A DNA stretch of 64,000 nt from an uncultured Verrucomicrobiae bacterium. Its GTDB lineage: Bacteria > Verrucomicrobiota > Verrucomicrobiia > Limisphaerales > JAFGQR01. This document shows, in pieces, positions 7,709 through 17,428 of this stretch. Within the stretch, counting starts at the first letter, position 1; the number at the start of each line of letters is the position of its first letter. The stretch lies in NCBI GenBank assembly GCA_963788655.1, contig CAWBHS010000114.1:1-64000 (forward strand), written 5' to 3'. Made by a program: the position numbers and the translations under genes. A model generated the notes under the pieces. The model saw only the letters and a program-made list of their open reading frames with translations. It was not told where the DNA came from and ran no database searches.

Positions 7709-8187
7709 AGCTTCCCTATCGTGAAGGAACGTGGTTTGGAGTCCCGCTGCGACAAGGCGGTTTCGCGGTGGGCCTAGTCGCCAGAGCGACCACCGAAGGC
7801 AAGGTCATCCTCTGCTACTTCTTCGGCCCGCGCCGAACCGCAGTTCCGCCACTTGCCGAAGTGGAACGGCTCAAACCAAGCGGCACAATCCGGGTTGTTC
7901 GAGTGGGCGACCTGTCGCTCATTCGCGACGAGTGGCCAATCATCGGCCAAGCCGCATCGTGGAAACGGTCGGATTGGCCGATGCCGCCGTTCGTTCGGCG
8001 CGACGACCTCTCCCTCAAAGCGTGGCGAGTGCAATACTCAGACGCCGATCCAAACACGATAGACCACGAAGAGCCGGAACAATACGAGAGCACGTTAGAG
8101 CGCGACGCCGTGCTTGGCTCAGGTGCTGCCGAGTTGGTGCTGACGAAGTTGTTGAGTGAACCGCCGGTGTCCCGCCAAAAGGTGTAA
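7705..8187 (+). CDS. Immunity protein, Imm26-like
   Basis: ATGA overlap with toxin; EGTWFGVPLRQGGFAVGLV...YFF pattern typical of Imm26, which accompanies URI-fold toxins. Confidence 0.7.
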   Translation: MKLPYREGTWFGVPLRQGGFAVGLVARATTEGKVILCYFFGPRRTAVPPLAEVERLKPSGTIRVVRVGDLSLIRDEWPIIGQAASWKRSDWPMPPFVRRDDLSLKAWRVQYSDADPNTIDHEEPEQYESTLERDAVLGSGAAELVLTKLLSEPPVSRQKV

Positions 8188-8415
8188 GGAATCTAGCTCG
8201 CCTCAGGCCGGCTCGATAGAAGGTCGGCCACCCGCGCCTGCCGCACAGCCCTCGCGCTGCCTTCGCTGCGGAGTGCGGCACAGCCAGAGCCAGAACGTGC
8301 TAGCAGATGATCGCGCAAACTGCGGACAGCGGTCGCTTCTTAACATTCACAAGCCACGAGTGGAATTGAGTTGGCAGGACGAAGCAGTGCCTGAACACTG
8401 ACCTGAATTGGCTGC

Positions 8416-9198
8416 ATGAGACGTTTGGTTCAATTCGTCATGCTGGTGTTAGCGGCGTTGGCCCTTGGCCACACGTCTGCCGCCGTCGGGTATCCTTGCG
8501 ACGCGGTTCCGCCCCTCCAAGCTCTCACCCTGCCGAATGGCAGCGGGATCACCAATTCCTTCGATTCATTGGCCCGCCTGACCGCCACGGCGCTCACCAA
8601 CAGCGGCCAGGCCCTGCTGAATTTGCACGGTTACGATTACGACCTGCTGGACCGACGCACCAACCAGGTCTTTCTGGCGGGCAACGCCCTGGCCTACGGT
8701 TATGACGCCATCAGCCAATTGGAGACGGCTGTCGGCTTTGAGGCGGACGCCTCGCCGCGTTTCCACGAGCAATTCACCTATTACTACGACGCTGCCAACA
8801 ACCTGCAAACCCGGATCAAGAACCAACTGGTTCAGACCTTTTACCCCGATGACCGCAACCAACTGAGCAGCGTGGTGCGCTCGGGCACCTACACGTTGAG
8901 TGGCTGGACCGAGTCGTTACCGAGTTGGCGCGTGCAAACCGTCCAGCTTAACGACGCCTCGGCGGGCTTCCGGTCCTACGCGGACAAGACCTACGCCGTC
9001 ACGAACGTTACCCTGGCCAACGGCTGGAACCATTTCACCAACGTGGTGCATTGGAAAGAAGGCAGCCTCGGCGCCACCAACACCGTCAACGCCTACCTGC
9101 CGGCAGCGGTCAGCTTCCAATACGACGCCAACGGCAACCTGACCAACGACGGCCTTGATATTGACCACTCCGCTGTAGGCAGGATTTGCTGGGAGTGA
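8416..9198 (+). pseudogene. Leader fused to internal Rhs/YD-repeat fragment
   Basis: MRRLVQFVMLVLAALALGHT leader; YD repeats (YDYDLLDRR, YGYDAISQL, YYYDAANNL, FQYDANGNL); no Rhs core end or toxin. Confidence 0.75.
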
Positions 9199-9230
9199 GG
9201 GTTGCCGAGATACTGGCCCCCACGTTTTGG

Positions 9231-9329
9231 ATGAGACGGCTGATTTAATTCATTTTGTCCTTGCTGGCGCTGTCGGCTTCGGCCTTTGCCCACACCCCGT
9301 CCCGAATCCCATGCAACAAATCGAATTAA
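9231..9329 (+). pseudogene. Degenerate empty leader copy
   Basis: MRRLI*FILSLLALSASAFAHTP..IPCN; homologous to 8416 leader with TAA at 9246 in place of CAA. Confidence 0.65.
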
Positions 9330-9404
9330 GGAACGTGCAGGGACTCAACTCAACGATGAACTTTAGCCTTTTCCATTTCCGGCAATGACCTACCTTCCCT
9401 GGCC

Positions 9405-10475
9405 ATGCGTGAAGCGTCTTTGGATTTTTTGCGGAACTTGATCAATACCCCCAGCCCCTCGGGGCACGAAACGCGAGGCCAACGGGTCTGGCTGGATTAC
9501 GTGCAACCGTATGCGGAGGAAACGTTTTCGGATGCGTACGGCAATTGCGTCGCCGTCTTGAACAAGGGGGGATCACCACGGTTGATGCTGGCCGCGCACG
9601 CGGACGAAATCGCCATGACCGTAAATTACATCGACGATCACGGCTTTATTTATGTCCGCAAACTCGGGGGCATCGATGCCGCGATCACCAAGGCCCAACG
9701 GATCGTCATTCACAGCCGCCAGGGCCCGGTGAACGGTGTCGTGGGCAATGTGGCGCCGCACTTGATGCGCGACAAAGGCGATCGCAAGGTGCCCAAGCTC
9801 CACGAATTGTTCATCGACATCGGGGCCTCCTCCCGGAAGGAAGCCGCCAAACTTGTCGCCATCGGTGATCCCATCACATTGGCGGACCAGTTTGAATTGT
9901 TGCGGAATGACCTGGCGGTGGCGCGCGCGTTTGACAACCGGATCGGCACCTTTGCCGTGGCCGAAGCCCTGCGGCTGTTGTCCAAATCCGCCACCAAACT
10001 CAAAGCGGAAGTGTGCGCCGTGTCGAACATCATGGAGGAAGTGGGCCTGTTTGGAGCGCGCCAGATTGCCTACAGTCTCAAGCCCGACGTGGCCCTGGTG
10101 GTCGATGTAACCCACGCAACCGATTATCCCACCGTGAGCAAGGAAGAGCACGGCGACGTCAAGATCGGCAGCGGCCCGGCCATCACCCACGGCGGTTGCA
10201 ACCATCGGGAAGTCGTGGCCCGCCTCGAACAGGTGGCGCACGAAGAAAAGATCGCGTTGCAACATGAAGCCACTTCCTCAACCAGCGGGACGGACACGGA
10301 CGCGATTTTCTGGACCCGGGGAGGAATTCCCAGCGCGTTAGTCAGCCTGCCCAATCGCTACATGCACTCGCCGGTGGAAGTGGTCAGCTTGAAAGACCTC
10401 CAACAAATTCCCGAACTGTTCGCCGGCTTCGCCCAATCGCTCAAGAAGGGTGAGCAGTTCAAGGTGAGGATTTAA
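9405..10475 (+). CDS. M42 family metallo-aminopeptidase
   Basis: AHADEI, AFDNRIG, EEVG, VDVTH, RYMHSP motifs. Confidence 0.92.
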   Translation: MREASLDFLRNLINTPSPSGHETRGQRVWLDYVQPYAEETFSDAYGNCVAVLNKGGSPRLMLAAHADEIAMTVNYIDDHGFIYVRKLGGIDAAITKAQRIVIHSRQGPVNGVVGNVAPHLMRDKGDRKVPKLHELFIDIGASSRKEAAKLVAIGDPITLADQFELLRNDLAVARAFDNRIGTFAVAEALRLLSKSATKLKAEVCAVSNIMEEVGLFGARQIAYSLKPDVALVVDVTHATDYPTVSKEEHGDVKIGSGPAITHGGCNHREVVARLEQVAHEEKIALQHEATSSTSGTDTDAIFWTRGGIPSALVSLPNRYMHSPVEVVSLKDLQQIPELFAGFAQSLKKGEQFKVRI

Positions 10476-10479
10476 CTGC

Positions 10480-12420
10480 TCAAGGCACTTTGAGCACTCG
10501 GAGGAATTGCCCGCCCACCGATCCATCCGTCAATCCGGTGGCCATCCCGGGTGTGGTCAGGGGCAGCCATGGATTGCCGGCGCGGGTCCAGGTTTGGAAA
10601 TCCGTTGAGCGATAGATTTCGTAAAGTTCGTAGGGCCGGGCAATCCATTCCAGCGTCTGGCCGTTAAAGGCCGTGATCCGCAGCGCGGAAGCTGCCTGAG
10701 TTGGATCCGTGCCCAACCGAAATTCTTCGAGGTTCGTCAGCCCATCGCCGTCGTAATCATCGTTGGGTCCGCGGTTGGAACCAGCCGCAGGATTCGCGTT
10801 ACCCCAATATTGCTCCATCCAAATATCCGGGAGGCCGTCCCCGGAATTGTAAGGATAGGCATCGGCGTTCAACGAGATAACCCGCGCATAAACAAAGGGG
10901 GAAGCGTTGGTGCCGTCCGAAAAGCGAAAGGCCACTTCGTCGTAAAAACTGCCGTCCGCCGGGTCCACTCGATCCGCCTGATAGTAGCCCTTGGGCGTGA
11001 ACTTGAGCCGGTCACCGGTCAAGGTAAACGTCCCAGCACCGTCAGTGGCGTCCGTCGTGGCGATTGTCAACGGAGACGACTGGAGGTCATACCCGCGCAA
11101 CCGAATTTCATTGATGCCCGAAATACTTGGCGCACCCGAAGGGATTGTTACGATGTCCATCACCCGCCCATACGTGTAAGGTGGCGTGTTGACCGCCGGA
11201 TAAGCCTGTTGAATCACCGGTGGGTCATAGCTGCCCAAGCTCGCACCACGACCGCCCTGATGAACGAAATAATACATGATCGAATCGCGCAAGGTCGCAT
11301 CAAGTTCATTCGGGTCCACGCTGGAGTGGGCCAGACTCAACACGTGACCCAACTCATGGCAGAGCACTTCCGTCAATGTTACGGGATCCTGCACATCCGG
11401 TTCGGTGTGCTTGACCACCACATATCCGGAGACCGTCGCATAAAAGTCGTTGCCCGCCACGTTGCCGCCATTGAACCAATCAGCGCCAGGAAGCACGTCC
11501 GAGGTGAAAGCTATTCCCCCGATGGCCAACGCGTCGGAGCCCGACACGAAGCCATACGTGTTGTGCAGTTGGATGCGAATGTAACCGTCGTCGGCATCCA
11601 CGTCGCCAGCGGCCTGTCCAAAACTCTGAAGCCCGGCGTACTTGAACTTGAGGCTGGTCACGGCGGTCCAAGCGTCCATGGCGGTTTGGATCGCATCCAA
11701 ACCCTGTTGCAGCGTAATCCCCGCCGGCAAGACATCCGCGTCCACCAAATACGGAATCGGTTCGCCGCGGTCGGGAGCAGCGAAACGCGCCGAAAAGCCA
11801 TTGCTGTCCACCAGGAGACCCGTAGCATTGTTGTGGCCGGTCAGGACTGCAGGAAGCAATGCTGATTGCGCGGGCGCGGCCGCCAGACCGGCTTGGTCCG
11901 TGACGTCAGCGCCCAACGTATCATCCGCAGCGGCCTGGCGAACGGCCGCCAGCAACGAAACATCCGTCGCAACAAAATTCGCCGCGCCCCCTCCGGATCG
12001 CTCCTTCGAGCTTTCCCCGCGCCGCAACCAGATCGCGCTGGCGGCGCCGTTCAGCGCCTGCAACGTGCCGTCCCCGCGCCGGCGGAGGAACAACAATCGT
12101 TCTTCCCCCATTTTGAACTGCGGGGCAAAACCATTGAGTTCACCGCGGCCTCCCCACGTGCCGCCCCGGTGAACCACCGCCACCACGGACGGGAATTTGC
12201 CCTTGAACACTTCGTCCACGCGAATGTGCGTGCGCGTGCAAATATGCCCGTCCGTCGTACGCTTGAAACATTCGATACGGACAACCTCGCCTCGGCAGAC
12301 AGCGTCCGCCAGACGCACTTGTTGTGTGCTTGAGAGGGGACGAACCATCGAAGCCTCGGTGACTGAACCGGTAACCAAGCAGCCGGCCGTCAATGCCGCG
12401 AAGATCAGCGGGTTCTTCAT
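10480..12420 (-). CDS. Secreted metzincin (M10/matrixin-like) metalloprotease
   Basis: Signal peptide; HELGHVLSLAH zinc motif, SIMY Met-turn; C-terminal DGDG...EFRLGTDP segment. Confidence 0.8.
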   Translation of the reverse strand: MKNPLIFAALTAGCLVTGSVTEASMVRPLSSTQQVRLADAVCRGEVVRIECFKRTTDGHICTRTHIRVDEVFKGKFPSVVAVVHRGGTWGGRGELNGFAPQFKMGEERLLFLRRRGDGTLQALNGAASAIWLRRGESSKERSGGGAANFVATDVSLLAAVRQAAADDTLGADVTDQAGLAAAPAQSALLPAVLTGHNNATGLLVDSNGFSARFAAPDRGEPIPYLVDADVLPAGITLQQGLDAIQTAMDAWTAVTSLKFKYAGLQSFGQAAGDVDADDGYIRIQLHNTYGFVSGSDALAIGGIAFTSDVLPGADWFNGGNVAGNDFYATVSGYVVVKHTEPDVQDPVTLTEVLCHELGHVLSLAHSSVDPNELDATLRDSIMYYFVHQGGRGASLGSYDPPVIQQAYPAVNTPPYTYGRVMDIVTIPSGAPSISGINEIRLRGYDLQSSPLTIATTDATDGAGTFTLTGDRLKFTPKGYYQADRVDPADGSFYDEVAFRFSDGTNASPFVYARVISLNADAYPYNSGDGLPDIWMEQYWGNANPAAGSNRGPNDDYDGDGLTNLEEFRLGTDPTQAASALRITAFNGQTLEWIARPYELYEIYRSTDFQTWTRAGNPWLPLTTPGMATGLTDGSVGGQFLRVLKVP

Positions 12421-12427
12421 AACATGG

Positions 12428-15019
12428 TCAAGGTATCATGAGTCGATAGAAACGTGCCTGGCCCGTCAGATTGTTGGTCACCGTATTGCGACCACCGACA
12501 AGCGTGGGCACATTGGTCACGCTCACCCAGGAGTTCGTGGCCAACGGATTGGACGTTGCCTGGAGTTGAAACGGATTGCCCGTCTGGGCCCAGGAAATGA
12601 CCACCGCCGGGTTGTCGGGCGATTGGACAATCTGCAGCGCGCGCGACTCATCTCTGGTCACGACAATGGCGGCCGTGGCGGTATTGTTGGCGAGGGTTTC
12701 GTCGGTTTGCTGCGCATTCACTGTGGCAGCGAACGCTGCGTATCCTTCGGCCAGCATCGGCCCGCTGAATTGAATGTTGGCGTGCGCGCGATTGGTCAGG
12801 TAACCCAAATCACAAATCAGCCAGCCGTTGGATTCCACACAGCTTCCCTGGTCGGTTTGCAGTGAGAGCACGGTCATGCCGGTCGGCAGTTGGCCGGTCA
12901 CAACGACGCTACTGACCGTCCAGGGGCCGCGATTGCTGACGGATAGCGTGTACGTGCCGGATTTCCCTGGGCTCGTCAAGGCGGGCGCCGCCGTGTTGCT
13001 CAGGACCACGTCACTCGAACCGACCACCAAAAATAAATTGGTGGTGACCGCGGTGCCGCTCGGCGTGTCCACCCGAATCGGGCCGGTGGACGCCGTTCCG
13101 GGCACCACAGCGGTGACTTCAGTGGAGGAAACTTTGGTGAACGAGGCACCGACGCCGTTGAAGTACACCGCCGAAGCCTCGCTCAACGAAGTGCCCAACA
13201 CGGTTATGACCGCGCCCGTGGCGCCCAGTTCCGGCGTGAAATTCGTGATTCGCGGTAACACCTGGTAGGCATTGGTGCTGGTGATCAAACCTCCCGGCGT
13301 GACCACCGTGAGCGCACTGCTCCTGGCTTCGACCGGCACGGTTGCGTCAAGTTGCCCGGGAGCCACGGCAAACGGTGCGCTGGTTTCGCCGAAATAGACT
13401 TCGGTCGCGCCGTTAAAATTGGTGCCAGTCAACGTCACGTGGTCTCCCACAAAACCTTGCTCGGGGGTGAAGCTGTTCAGCCACGGCGGCACGTAAAACG
13501 TCAACGTGTTGGTGCTGGTCCCGCTCGCGCTGGATACAGTAATGCGACCGGTCGAGGCTCCGGCGGGCACATGCGCGGTGATCTTTTCACCGATGGGTTG
13601 AGTCACGACCATCGCCGTCGGATCAATGACTCCATTGAACCGCACTGTGGGCGTCGGGCCAAAATTCAGTCCGTAAATCTCGACCTGCGTCCCGCGCGGT
13701 CCCCCGTCGGGCTCGAAGCGAGTGATGTAGGGGAAATAGGGAGTTACTACGAAGTTGCTGACCGTTAAGAAGCTGCCGCCGGAGTTATAGACCCTCAGCG
13801 GCCCGGTTGAGGCTCCCTGGGGGACGTAGGCCGTTGCCTGATTTTGCGCCGTTGCAGAAACATCGGTGCCTGCCATCCCGTTAAACGTCACGGCGCCTAC
13901 GGTATTTAGATTCTGCCCGTAAATGCGCACTTGGGTTCCGGGAGGCCCCAGCCAAGGTTCGAAGCGCTCAACAATCGGCGCCGTCGTTACCACGAAATTG
14001 CTGTAACTGGCGCCATAACCGCATGCGTTATAGACCCAGATCGGGCCGGTGGAGGCGCCGTAGGGAACTGAGACAATAATTTGGTCGGGAGTCGGCGTAC
14101 CGGGGGACGAGGTCACCTGTTGGGTGTTGAACCAGACGCCGGGCGAGATGAAGGTGTCGAAATTAATGCCGTAAATCGTGATGGTATGGACCGTATCCCC
14201 AGCGACGCCAAACGTCGGAGCAAACCCGGTAATCACCGGGGCACAGGTCACCGTGAAATCGTTCGTACTGGTGCCGGAGCCGGCTGCGGTGGTGACCTTC
14301 ACCCGGCCGGTCGAAGCGTTCCCAGGCACCTCAACGATGATTTGAGTTTCGGCCGGAACCGAGCCATTAGTCACCGGAGCACCGTTGAACTCAACCTTGG
14401 TGACATCCACAAAGTTCACCCCATAAATCCGGATTTCCGCCCCGGGCGCGCCGAACGCTACGGAGAAACTGTCGATGATCGGCCCCGGCCCGGTCACCAC
14501 AAAGTCTGACGTGGAGAGCACCGTGCCGGCATCCGTGGTGACGCGGATCGGACCGTCGGCACCTCCGGCCGGCACAACGGCGCGAATCTGGGTTTCGCCA
14601 ATAACCGAGAAAGCCGCGTTGGAGCCGTTGAACTGCACATGCGTGACGCCATTAAAGTTGAAGCCGTTAATCGACACCTCCATGTTCGGGGCGCTACGTG
14701 TGGGCATGAAGTCGGAGATTCGCGGCGCCGCCCTAAAAATGCCGCTGCTCGTGGCCGCTCCCGCCGGCGTGGTGACCCGCAACTGACCACTCGTAGCGGT
14801 GGACGGCACAACCGCCAGGATTTGAGCGTCGTTGACCACCTTGAAATCCGCCAGCACATCGTCGAATTCGACCTTGGTGGCCGTTAGCAAGCCCGCGCCA
14901 GTCAGCGTCACCTGCGTGCCCGGCGCCCCGTGGTTGGGAGAAAAACTGCTGATTACCGGAGCCGCGGTTAGGACGAGGCCCGTCTGCAAGAATAGCCCGA
15001 TGCTGGTCAAGGAATTCAT
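12428..15019 (-). CDS. Secreted IPT/TIG-repeat surface protein with DUF11-like domain
   Basis: About eight repeats of P.I..F.P..G..G..V.I.G.NF...V.FNG; TYTLSVSNRGP...DETLANN DUF11 pattern; start uncertain (15019 or 15031). Confidence 0.85.
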   Translation of the reverse strand: MNSLTSIGLFLQTGLVLTAAPVISSFSPNHGAPGTQVTLTGAGLLTATKVEFDDVLADFKVVNDAQILAVVPSTATSGQLRVTTPAGAATSSGIFRAAPRISDFMPTRSAPNMEVSINGFNFNGVTHVQFNGSNAAFSVIGETQIRAVVPAGGADGPIRVTTDAGTVLSTSDFVVTGPGPIIDSFSVAFGAPGAEIRIYGVNFVDVTKVEFNGAPVTNGSVPAETQIIVEVPGNASTGRVKVTTAAGSGTSTNDFTVTCAPVITGFAPTFGVAGDTVHTITIYGINFDTFISPGVWFNTQQVTSSPGTPTPDQIIVSVPYGASTGPIWVYNACGYGASYSNFVVTTAPIVERFEPWLGPPGTQVRIYGQNLNTVGAVTFNGMAGTDVSATAQNQATAYVPQGASTGPLRVYNSGGSFLTVSNFVVTPYFPYITRFEPDGGPRGTQVEIYGLNFGPTPTVRFNGVIDPTAMVVTQPIGEKITAHVPAGASTGRITVSSASGTSTNTLTFYVPPWLNSFTPEQGFVGDHVTLTGTNFNGATEVYFGETSAPFAVAPGQLDATVPVEARSSALTVVTPGGLITSTNAYQVLPRITNFTPELGATGAVITVLGTSLSEASAVYFNGVGASFTKVSSTEVTAVVPGTASTGPIRVDTPSGTAVTTNLFLVVGSSDVVLSNTAAPALTSPGKSGTYTLSVSNRGPWTVSSVVVTGQLPTGMTVLSLQTDQGSCVESNGWLICDLGYLTNRAHANIQFSGPMLAEGYAAFAATVNAQQTDETLANNTATAAIVVTRDESRALQIVQSPDNPAVVISWAQTGNPFQLQATSNPLATNSWVSVTNVPTLVGGRNTVTNNLTGQARFYRLMIP

Positions 15020-15179
15020 CTTTTGGATCACGAATAATCACCCAACACTTCTTATTGGGCAATACATTATTTGTGCTCGGATTTCATTGATCCGCCCAAG
15101 CCGGTTTGGAAGTTCTCCGATCAAACAAACCTTAGCTGTATCCATTCAGTAGCTGGAGCAGCAAGGACGCGATTCGGCG

Positions 15180-15316
15180 CGGTAGGACAGGCGTCTCGCC
15201 TGTCTCGAATTGCCAAGCACATCCTCCCCTGTTGGTGACCTGGAGAGACTTCCTACGCCGCGGAGCAAATCGATGGTTGGCAGTCGTTCGAGACAGGCGG
15301 GACGCCTGTCCTACCG
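15180..15316. repeat. GTAG-type REP inverted pair (REPIN-like)
   Basis: CGGTAGGACAGGCGTCTCGCCTGTCTCGAA (15180-15209) and near-perfect reverse complement at 15287-15316. Confidence 0.85.
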
Positions 15317-15447
15317 AATAGTCATGGCTTAGGCGCGAAGTTCCGGCACCAACCGGTTGGAACGTCGTGCCACCAACAGGTGGATCTCCAAGCCCAATCC
15401 GTAAATCCCGGTCTTGCGTAACCAGCCCAGTTCAGGAAAATACCACC

Positions 15448-17415
15448 ATGAAATCACTTGTCCTGGTGTGGGCTTTGTTGGCGGCAGTTGTCCCGGCTAT
15501 GATTGCCGGGGACACCAACGCGTTCTACCATACAAACCTGCCCCCGTTGCGCCCGGCGCAGTTTGCCGAACTGCCGCTTGGTGGCGTCAAACCCACCGGC
15601 TGGCTCAAGGACCAGTTGACCGTTCAGGCCAAAGGGCTCACCGGCCACCTGGACGAGTTCTGGCCGTCAGTGCGCGACTCGGCCTGGAAAGGCAAGAACG
15701 GCGACGCCTGGGAACGCGGTCCCTATTACCTCGACGGGCTCGTGCCGCTGGCCTACCTACTGGACGACGCCCGCCTGAAGAAGATCGTCAAGCCCTATCT
15801 CGAATGGATGCTCGCCAGCCAACAGCCTGACGGCTGGTTCGGGCCGGCCAAAAACAAAGACCGTTGGCCGCTGGCCGTGGCGCTAAAGGTCCTGATCCAA
15901 TATCAGGAAGCCACCGGCGACGCGCGCGTGATTCCGCTGCTCAAGAATTATTTCGCTTACCTGAAAAAGGCGCCGCCGGATTGGCCGGACAAGGATTGGC
16001 GCGGCGTGCGCGCGATGGAAAACGTGATCACTGCGTACTGGCTCTACAACCGCACTGGCGACCCGGACATTCTGGCGGTGGCCGAATCCATTTTTAAAAA
16101 CAGCTTTGACTGGACCGGCTATTTTCTCAACTTTCCCTACACCACCGAACGCATGGCACAGGGCGTGAAATACGGTCATCCCACGCACGTGGTCAACATT
16201 GCGATGGCGATCAAGCATCCCGGTGTCTGGTGGCAACAATCCGGCGAGGACCGTTTCCGCGACGCGGTGTACCAAGGCATCGCCAGCTTGGACCGATACC
16301 ACGGCCAAGTGGGCGGGCGCTTTGCCGGCGACGAACACTTGAGTGGCTGCCGGCCCACCCAGGGCTCCGAATTGTGCAGCGTGGTGGAGTACATGTTTTC
16401 GCTGGAAAACCTCGTGCGAATTTTCGGCGATACAGCCTTCGCCGACCGTTTGGAAATGCTGGCTTACAATGCTAATCCCGGCACCTGTTTGCCGGACTAT
16501 TGGGCGCATCAATACGATCAACAGGCCAACCAGGTGCTCGTTTCCCATGCCAAACGGAAATGGAGCACCAATGGTGATGACGCAAATGTCTATGGGCTCG
16601 AGCCCAACTTCGGTTGTTGCACCGCCAACCTGCACCAGGGCTGGCCGAAATTTGTGTCCCACCTCTGGATGGCCACACCGGACAACGGACTGGCGGCGGT
16701 GGCTTACGGTCCATGTCGCGTCCAAGCCAAAGTGGCGGACGGCGTCGAAGCCACGATCAGCGAACAAACGGATTATCCATTCGACGGGCGCATCAAATTC
16801 ACCGTGCAATTGCCGCACCCGGCCGAATTTCCGCTCCAGTTCCGCATTCCCGGTTGGGCGAAGGGGGCGATCCTGCGCGTGAACGGAAAGAAGGCGCCGG
16901 CCGCGCAAGCAGGCACCTTCACCACGGTGAAAGCCATCTGGAAAGCCGGCGACATCGTCGAATTGGAACTGCCGATGCACTTGCGCACCGAAGCGCGCTA
17001 TCACAATGCCGTCGCCATTTATCGCGGGCCGCTCGTGTTCTCGCTGCGGATTGGTGAAAGCTATCGCAAACTCAAAACACATCACACGACGCTGCCGGTG
17101 GTGGATTGGGAGATCACCCCGACCACCCCATGGAATTATGGATTGATCCTCGACCGTGAACGCCCGGAAAAATCCATTTCAGTCACCACCAGCAAGCTGG
17201 GCCGCAAACCGTTCGCAAACGAAACCGCACCGGTGGTGTTGCACGTCAAAGGCCGCGAGCTCGCCACCTGGAAATTGGAGAACAATTCAGCCGGAGAAAC
17301 GCCGGTGAGTCCGGTGCAAACCGACCAACCGGTTGCCAGCTTGGAACTGGTTCCCTACGGCTGCACCCGTTTGCGGATCACTGAATTCCCGGTGATTGGC
17401 CCGCCGGACAAGTAG
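15448..17415 (+). CDS. GH127-like glycoside hydrolase (beta-L-arabinofuranosidase family)
   Basis: Signal peptide; SELCSVVE and GCCTAN motifs, YPFDG, RIPGW, RGPLVF. Confidence 0.85.
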   Translation: MKSLVLVWALLAAVVPAMIAGDTNAFYHTNLPPLRPAQFAELPLGGVKPTGWLKDQLTVQAKGLTGHLDEFWPSVRDSAWKGKNGDAWERGPYYLDGLVPLAYLLDDARLKKIVKPYLEWMLASQQPDGWFGPAKNKDRWPLAVALKVLIQYQEATGDARVIPLLKNYFAYLKKAPPDWPDKDWRGVRAMENVITAYWLYNRTGDPDILAVAESIFKNSFDWTGYFLNFPYTTERMAQGVKYGHPTHVVNIAMAIKHPGVWWQQSGEDRFRDAVYQGIASLDRYHGQVGGRFAGDEHLSGCRPTQGSELCSVVEYMFSLENLVRIFGDTAFADRLEMLAYNANPGTCLPDYWAHQYDQQANQVLVSHAKRKWSTNGDDANVYGLEPNFGCCTANLHQGWPKFVSHLWMATPDNGLAAVAYGPCRVQAKVADGVEATISEQTDYPFDGRIKFTVQLPHPAEFPLQFRIPGWAKGAILRVNGKKAPAAQAGTFTTVKAIWKAGDIVELELPMHLRTEARYHNAVAIYRGPLVFSLRIGESYRKLKTHHTTLPVVDWEITPTTPWNYGLILDRERPEKSISVTTSKLGRKPFANETAPVVLHVKGRELATWKLENNSAGETPVSPVQTDQPVASLELVPYGCTRLRITEFPVIGPPDK

Positions 17416-17428
17416 CCGTAGCGTCCGC

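Larger units (their letters stand above)
1..9330. mobile_element. Toxin/immunity cassette island with primase + tyrosine recombinase module (left end outside window, right end approximate)
   Basis: Four toxin-immunity pairs sharing a junction motif, XRE remnant, Toprim/P-loop primase, Xer-like recombinase, Rhs fragment; housekeeping-type gene resumes at 9405. Confidence 0.75.

Noticed and set aside
8156..8401. 81-aa ORF between Imm26 and the Rhs fragment
   Set aside because: Overlaps the conserved hairpin and has no recognisable features; at most a gene-tail remnant
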